Below, in pieces: positions 60,301 through 64,000 of a stretch of 64,000 nucleotides of DNA. Source of the DNA: Saccostrea cucullata (taxonomy: Eukaryota); contig NW_026929710.1 in NCBI RefSeq assembly GCF_032062105.1, forward strand, positions 62,001 through 126,000, given 5' to 3'. Below the pieces are notes generated by a model. It worked only from the letters and a program-made list of their open reading frames with translations. It was not told where the DNA came from and made no database searches. Made by a program: the position numbers and the translations under genes. Numbering within the stretch: position 1 is the stretch's first letter; each line of letters opens with the position of its first letter.

Positions 60301-61250
60301 TATGCATGGCATCAGAAAACGGTCATTACATAATTGTTGAGTATCTAGTCGAACATAGGTTAATGGTTTTTCTTTGAAAAAACACCTTTTGCAACAAAAA
60401 ACGGTCAAACAAAACATTTCATGGGGCAGAGGTTAATGTTTCTGATTCTTGGAAATGGACGCCCTTATGCATGGCATCAGAAAACGGTCACGCCAAAATT
60501 GTTGTGTATCTAGTAGAACATGGGGCAGAGGTTAATGTTTCTGATTCTGAGGATGGGACGCCCTTATGCATGGCATCAGAAAACGGTCACGCCAAAATTG
60601 TGAAATATCTAGTCGAACATGGGGCAGAGGTTAATTGTTCTGGTTCTTTGAAAAGAACGCCCTTATTCATGGCATCAGAAAACGGTCACAACAAAATTGT
60701 TGAATATCTTATCGAACATGGGGCAAAGGTTAATGTTTGTGATTCTGATTAAGAGACGCCCTTATTTAAGGCATCAGAAAACGGACACACTGAAATTGTT
60801 GAATATCTAGTAGAGCATGAGACGGATTTGAAAAATTCTAAAGATTTGAAAAGAACCCCCTTATTTAAGGCATCAGAACAAGATCACAACGAAGTTGTTA
60901 GATATCTAGTTGGACATGGGGCAGACGTGAATATTTCTGATAATTAGGAAATGACGCCCTTAAGTAATGCATCAGAAATTGGACATCTCAAAATTGTTGA
61001 ATATCTGTCAAACACGGGGCAGAGGTAAATGTTTTTGATTCTTTGAAGAAGATGCCTTTATATAAGGCATAAGAAAACGGACGACCCAAATTTCTGAATA
61101 TCTAGTCGACCATGGGGCAGACGTGAATATTTCTGATTTATTGAGAAAGAAACCTTTAAGTAATGCATCCAAAAATGGGCACACCGAAAATGTTGAATAT
61201 CTTGTCGAACACGGGGCAGACGTTTATGTTTTTGATTTTTTGAAAACAGA
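57400..61250 (+). repeat. Tandem array of 99-bp ankyrin-coding units (roughly 35-40)
   Basis: Consensus TPLxxASENGHxKIVEYLVEHGAEVN, with high nucleotide identity between units. Confidence 0.95.
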
Positions 61251-61659
61251 AAACGGAAAACAGACTCAAGTAAATTTTTACTCATTTTTTTTCGGATATA
61301 AGACAGTTGCAAGTGTTTATTATTCAATGAAGGAATTGCTACTACCTAAAGCAGTTGAAACAGTCTACACCAAAACTGTCCAGTCGAACATAGGGCAAGA
61401 GTAGATGTTTCTGGGGCGAAAATAAGCGATTTTGATTCCAGTGAGGTAGCAACAGAGTCTAAGGCATTAGCATACAGACACAGATCATGGTAAGAAGCAC
61501 ACGGCGGTGTGACCATTTCGTCAGATACATGTATCCTTACTCTTCTTGGCATGTGATCCCGCATCTGATATTTTGGAAGATTCATGCTTGCTCTGCTCCA
61601 AATGTATTTTGTTGCAGTGGACTTTTCAGCTTAATAAATGTTTGTTATCCTCATAATTC

Positions 61660-62545
61660 TACGGTGGCTGGTATAGGACATGGTACGAGATTTTTTTATT
61701 ATTAATTCGTGGCCATTCGTCGCCACGAAAGCTAATGAAATAAAATTCGTGGCCATTCGTGGCCACGAAATTAAATTCGTGGGAACGAAATAAAAATTCG
61801 TGGGAACGAAATAAAAATTCGTGGCCACGAAATAAAATTCGTGGGAACGAAATAAAATTCGTGGCCACGAAATAAAAATTCGTGGCCAGGAAATAAAAAT
61901 TCGTGGCCACAAAATAAAATTCCTGGCCACGAAATAAATTTTCTGCTATATAATGTCATATTTAGCTTCCTCTCTTGTATGTCATTCAAGATGAACGGAC
62001 TTATTATTATCATTCAACTGGACTGAGCCAAATAGATTTATGGGTTATGGGTATTGAATAACATGCCTGAATCATCATTTACTATTGAATTTGATTTTTG
62101 CATGTAAATTGCATGAAGAACCTGATGTACGAATAAATACATAGGCGTAGTCACAGGGGGGGCAGCGGGGGCACTAGCCCCCCCACTTTCAGATCGGGGG
62201 GGGGGGCAAGAGTATGTCTGTGCCCCCCCACTTTTTAATGAAGAACGAAATCACAGCTATTTTTCCCCAACATTACCTTTACTATTGGAAATATTCATTG
62301 AATGGACCCCCCCCCCCCACTATTTGACCCTTGTATAGTTAAAGTTATATCGAAGAATTGTGGAAAGAAATTGGATTTGAAAGTAACTTGAAAGTAAGTT
62401 GGCCATTAACCCCCCCCCCCCCCCCCCCCCCCACGAAATAGGATTTTCGAGTTTGGGGAACTTTCTGTTTTTTTTTTTTTTTTTTTTTTTTTTGCTTGTC
62501 AAAGAAATTCTGGGAGTTGAGCCCCCCCCCCCCCCCCCCCACTTT

Positions 62546-62589
<44 letters not shown>

Positions 62590-63343
62590 TGTCAAAGAAT
62601 TTCTGGAGTTGAGCCCCCCCACCTTTAAGTTTGTGACTACGCCTCTGAAATAGTATTAATACTGATCTCACTAGTTCATCATTTTCCCCTTAACAATTAC
62701 ATGTACCTTTCTTGAAGTAAACACACTTTCATTTGTATGAAACAGTTGAGTTTTATTTGAAAACAATCATGACAATATATGAATATTGCTCTAATTTTTA
62801 AGATGTCACGTTCCCGATAATAGGGACCTATTCTGCCACTAATTGTTGAATAAATAAACATTGAGTGTTTGACTAAACAAGCCTTACAAGTACATTCTAT
62901 TTATTGAAACATCTAGCAATAAATGTGTGAAATACATTAAAAAATGCACTGGACATAATTTAAGCTATTGTAAATAACATGTATTCTCAGCTTTTTGTCT
63001 GCAGATCCGCGCACGCGTCTATGGACACATCTAAATTACGAACCCGATCTGTCAATACACTAGATGCTTTATCTTTTATTTCGTGGCCACGAATTTTATT
63101 TCGTTCCCACGAATTTTATTTTGTTACCACGAATTTTATTTCGTGGCCACGAATTTTTATTTCGTTCCCACGAATTTTTATTTCGTTCCCACGAATTTAA
63201 TTTCGTGGCCTCGAATTTTATTTCGTTCCCACGAATTTTTATTTCGTTCCAACGAATTTTTATTTCGTTCCAACGAATTTTATTTCGTGGCCACGAATTG
63301 ATAAAAAAAAATTCTTATACCATGTCCTATACCAGCCACCGTA
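61660..63343. mobile_element. Non-autonomous TIR element with mirrored subterminal minisatellites
   Basis: Perfect 26-bp TIR TACGGTGGCTGGTATAGGACATGGTA. Arrays of 21-22-bp AAATTCGTGGCCACGAAATA-type units sit at 61704-61937 and, inverted, at 63075-63298. Confidence 0.85.
62140..62647. mobile_element. G/C-run-rich MITE with 5-bp TSD, nested in the 61660-63343 element
   Basis: CATAGGCGTAGTCACA / TGTGACTACGCCTCTG termini, with AAATA on both flanks. Confidence 0.75.
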
Positions 63344-63576
63344 TGATTCCATATCTACATTTGCTGTGAATTTCTAGAAAGCCAACAGTGAAATTGATTT
63401 GAAAACCATTTTTGTGTAAACTCACAAGTAGAAATATACACGGAGAAACATGCGCTTACGTGACGTCACAATGAGGCTACAGCGACGTCAGTAAAAGTAT
63501 AACGATATGGGACAGCGAGAAACTCGAATATTGAGTATAACTTTGGTGCTTCCAAATTTGTAAAATATAAATATTA

Positions 63577-63742
63577 GGAATCTTTTTTTAAAAGTATAGT
63601 GTGAATTATTGGTGTGAGAATCGCACAGACTTGTCACGACGGCATATTTCATGAAGCGCTAGCGCGCTTCATGTAATATGCCTACGTGATAAGTCTGTGT
63701 GATTTACACACCAAATACTCACTCAAAACTTTAAAATATTCC
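63577..63742. mobile_element. Short palindromic MITE-like element
   Basis: GGAAT..TTT.AAAGT / ACTTTAAAATATTCC ends, internal inverted arms (CACAGACTT.TCACG / CGTGATAAGTCTGTG) and a central CATGAAGCGC..GCGCTTCATG hairpin. Confidence 0.6.
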
Positions 63743-64000
63743 TTAATTGATTTATTGATAATGCATTAACTTTCTGAGTAGTGACACAGCGCACAATGGC
63801 GTAAAGCAGTTTTTTTTTATAGAGATGATATCATTTATTATTTAGCTGAGTATGTAACAAATGTATATAAGTGAAGCAGACTTAAAATATTGTGCAAGTA
63901 TTGTATAAATTTTGTCGAGATGCAAATATTAGTGATTTGTCCTTAAATATTTTGAGTGATAAGCATTTTAACGATTTTATATCATAAGCTGAAATGATAG

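Larger units (their letters stand above)
40526..61250 (+). pseudogene. NLR-like gene: SAM - S/T-rich linker - DZIP3-like HEPN - STAND NTPase (nSTAND3-like) - ankyrin array; disrupted as assembled
   Basis: Phase-consistent exons at 40526-40754 (SAM), 41157-41255, 42622-43104, 43324-43521, 44061-44290 (FDTTLLYTLFRN...GWG...DDIERVRIHRNSICH), 44542-44704 and from 54571 onward (Walker A GGPGTGKT, Walker B LFLYDD, FTCR, then ankyrins). There is an in-frame TAA at 54921-54923 and frameshifts after about 58260. A probable 5' UTR exon donor lies at 39554/39555. Confidence 0.82.

Noticed and set aside
61631-63369. Phe/Arg-rich ORFs and a CRISPR-like appearance of the short palindromic repeats
   Set aside because: The units are contiguous with no unique spacers, they lie inside a TIR element in a eukaryote, and no cas genes are present.

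Overview
AT-rich, intron-containing animal genomic DNA, most likely from an oyster-type bivalve. That is an inference from the ~166-bp satellite inside a Helentron-like element, the repeat families and the gene content. From left to right the window holds: (1) the first seven coding exons of RNA polymerase II subunit RPB2 (POLR2B, minus strand), with nested DNA-transposon MITEs in its introns; (2) a two-exon minus-strand gene for a secreted cystine-knot (Spaetzle-like) protein with a Gly/Asp-repeat tail, which the ORF track splits; (3) Penelope-like RT debris and many MITEs; (4) a head-to-tail dimer of an apparently intact 8.56-kb autonomous PIF/Harbinger transposon (HARBI1-like DDE transposase plus Myb/SANT protein), flanked by a CTG target duplication and joined by a single G; (5) a large plus-strand NLR-like gene with the architecture tankyrase-type SAM, S/T-rich linker, DZIP3-like HEPN, STAND NTPase and a long array of 99-bp ankyrin repeats. 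This gene carries a SINE and a 4.7-kb L1/Tx1 insertion in introns, one in-frame stop in the NTPase and several frameshift patches in the ankyrin array; (6) a composite non-autonomous TIR element at the right end. All domain calls come from motif recognition by eye, not database searches.
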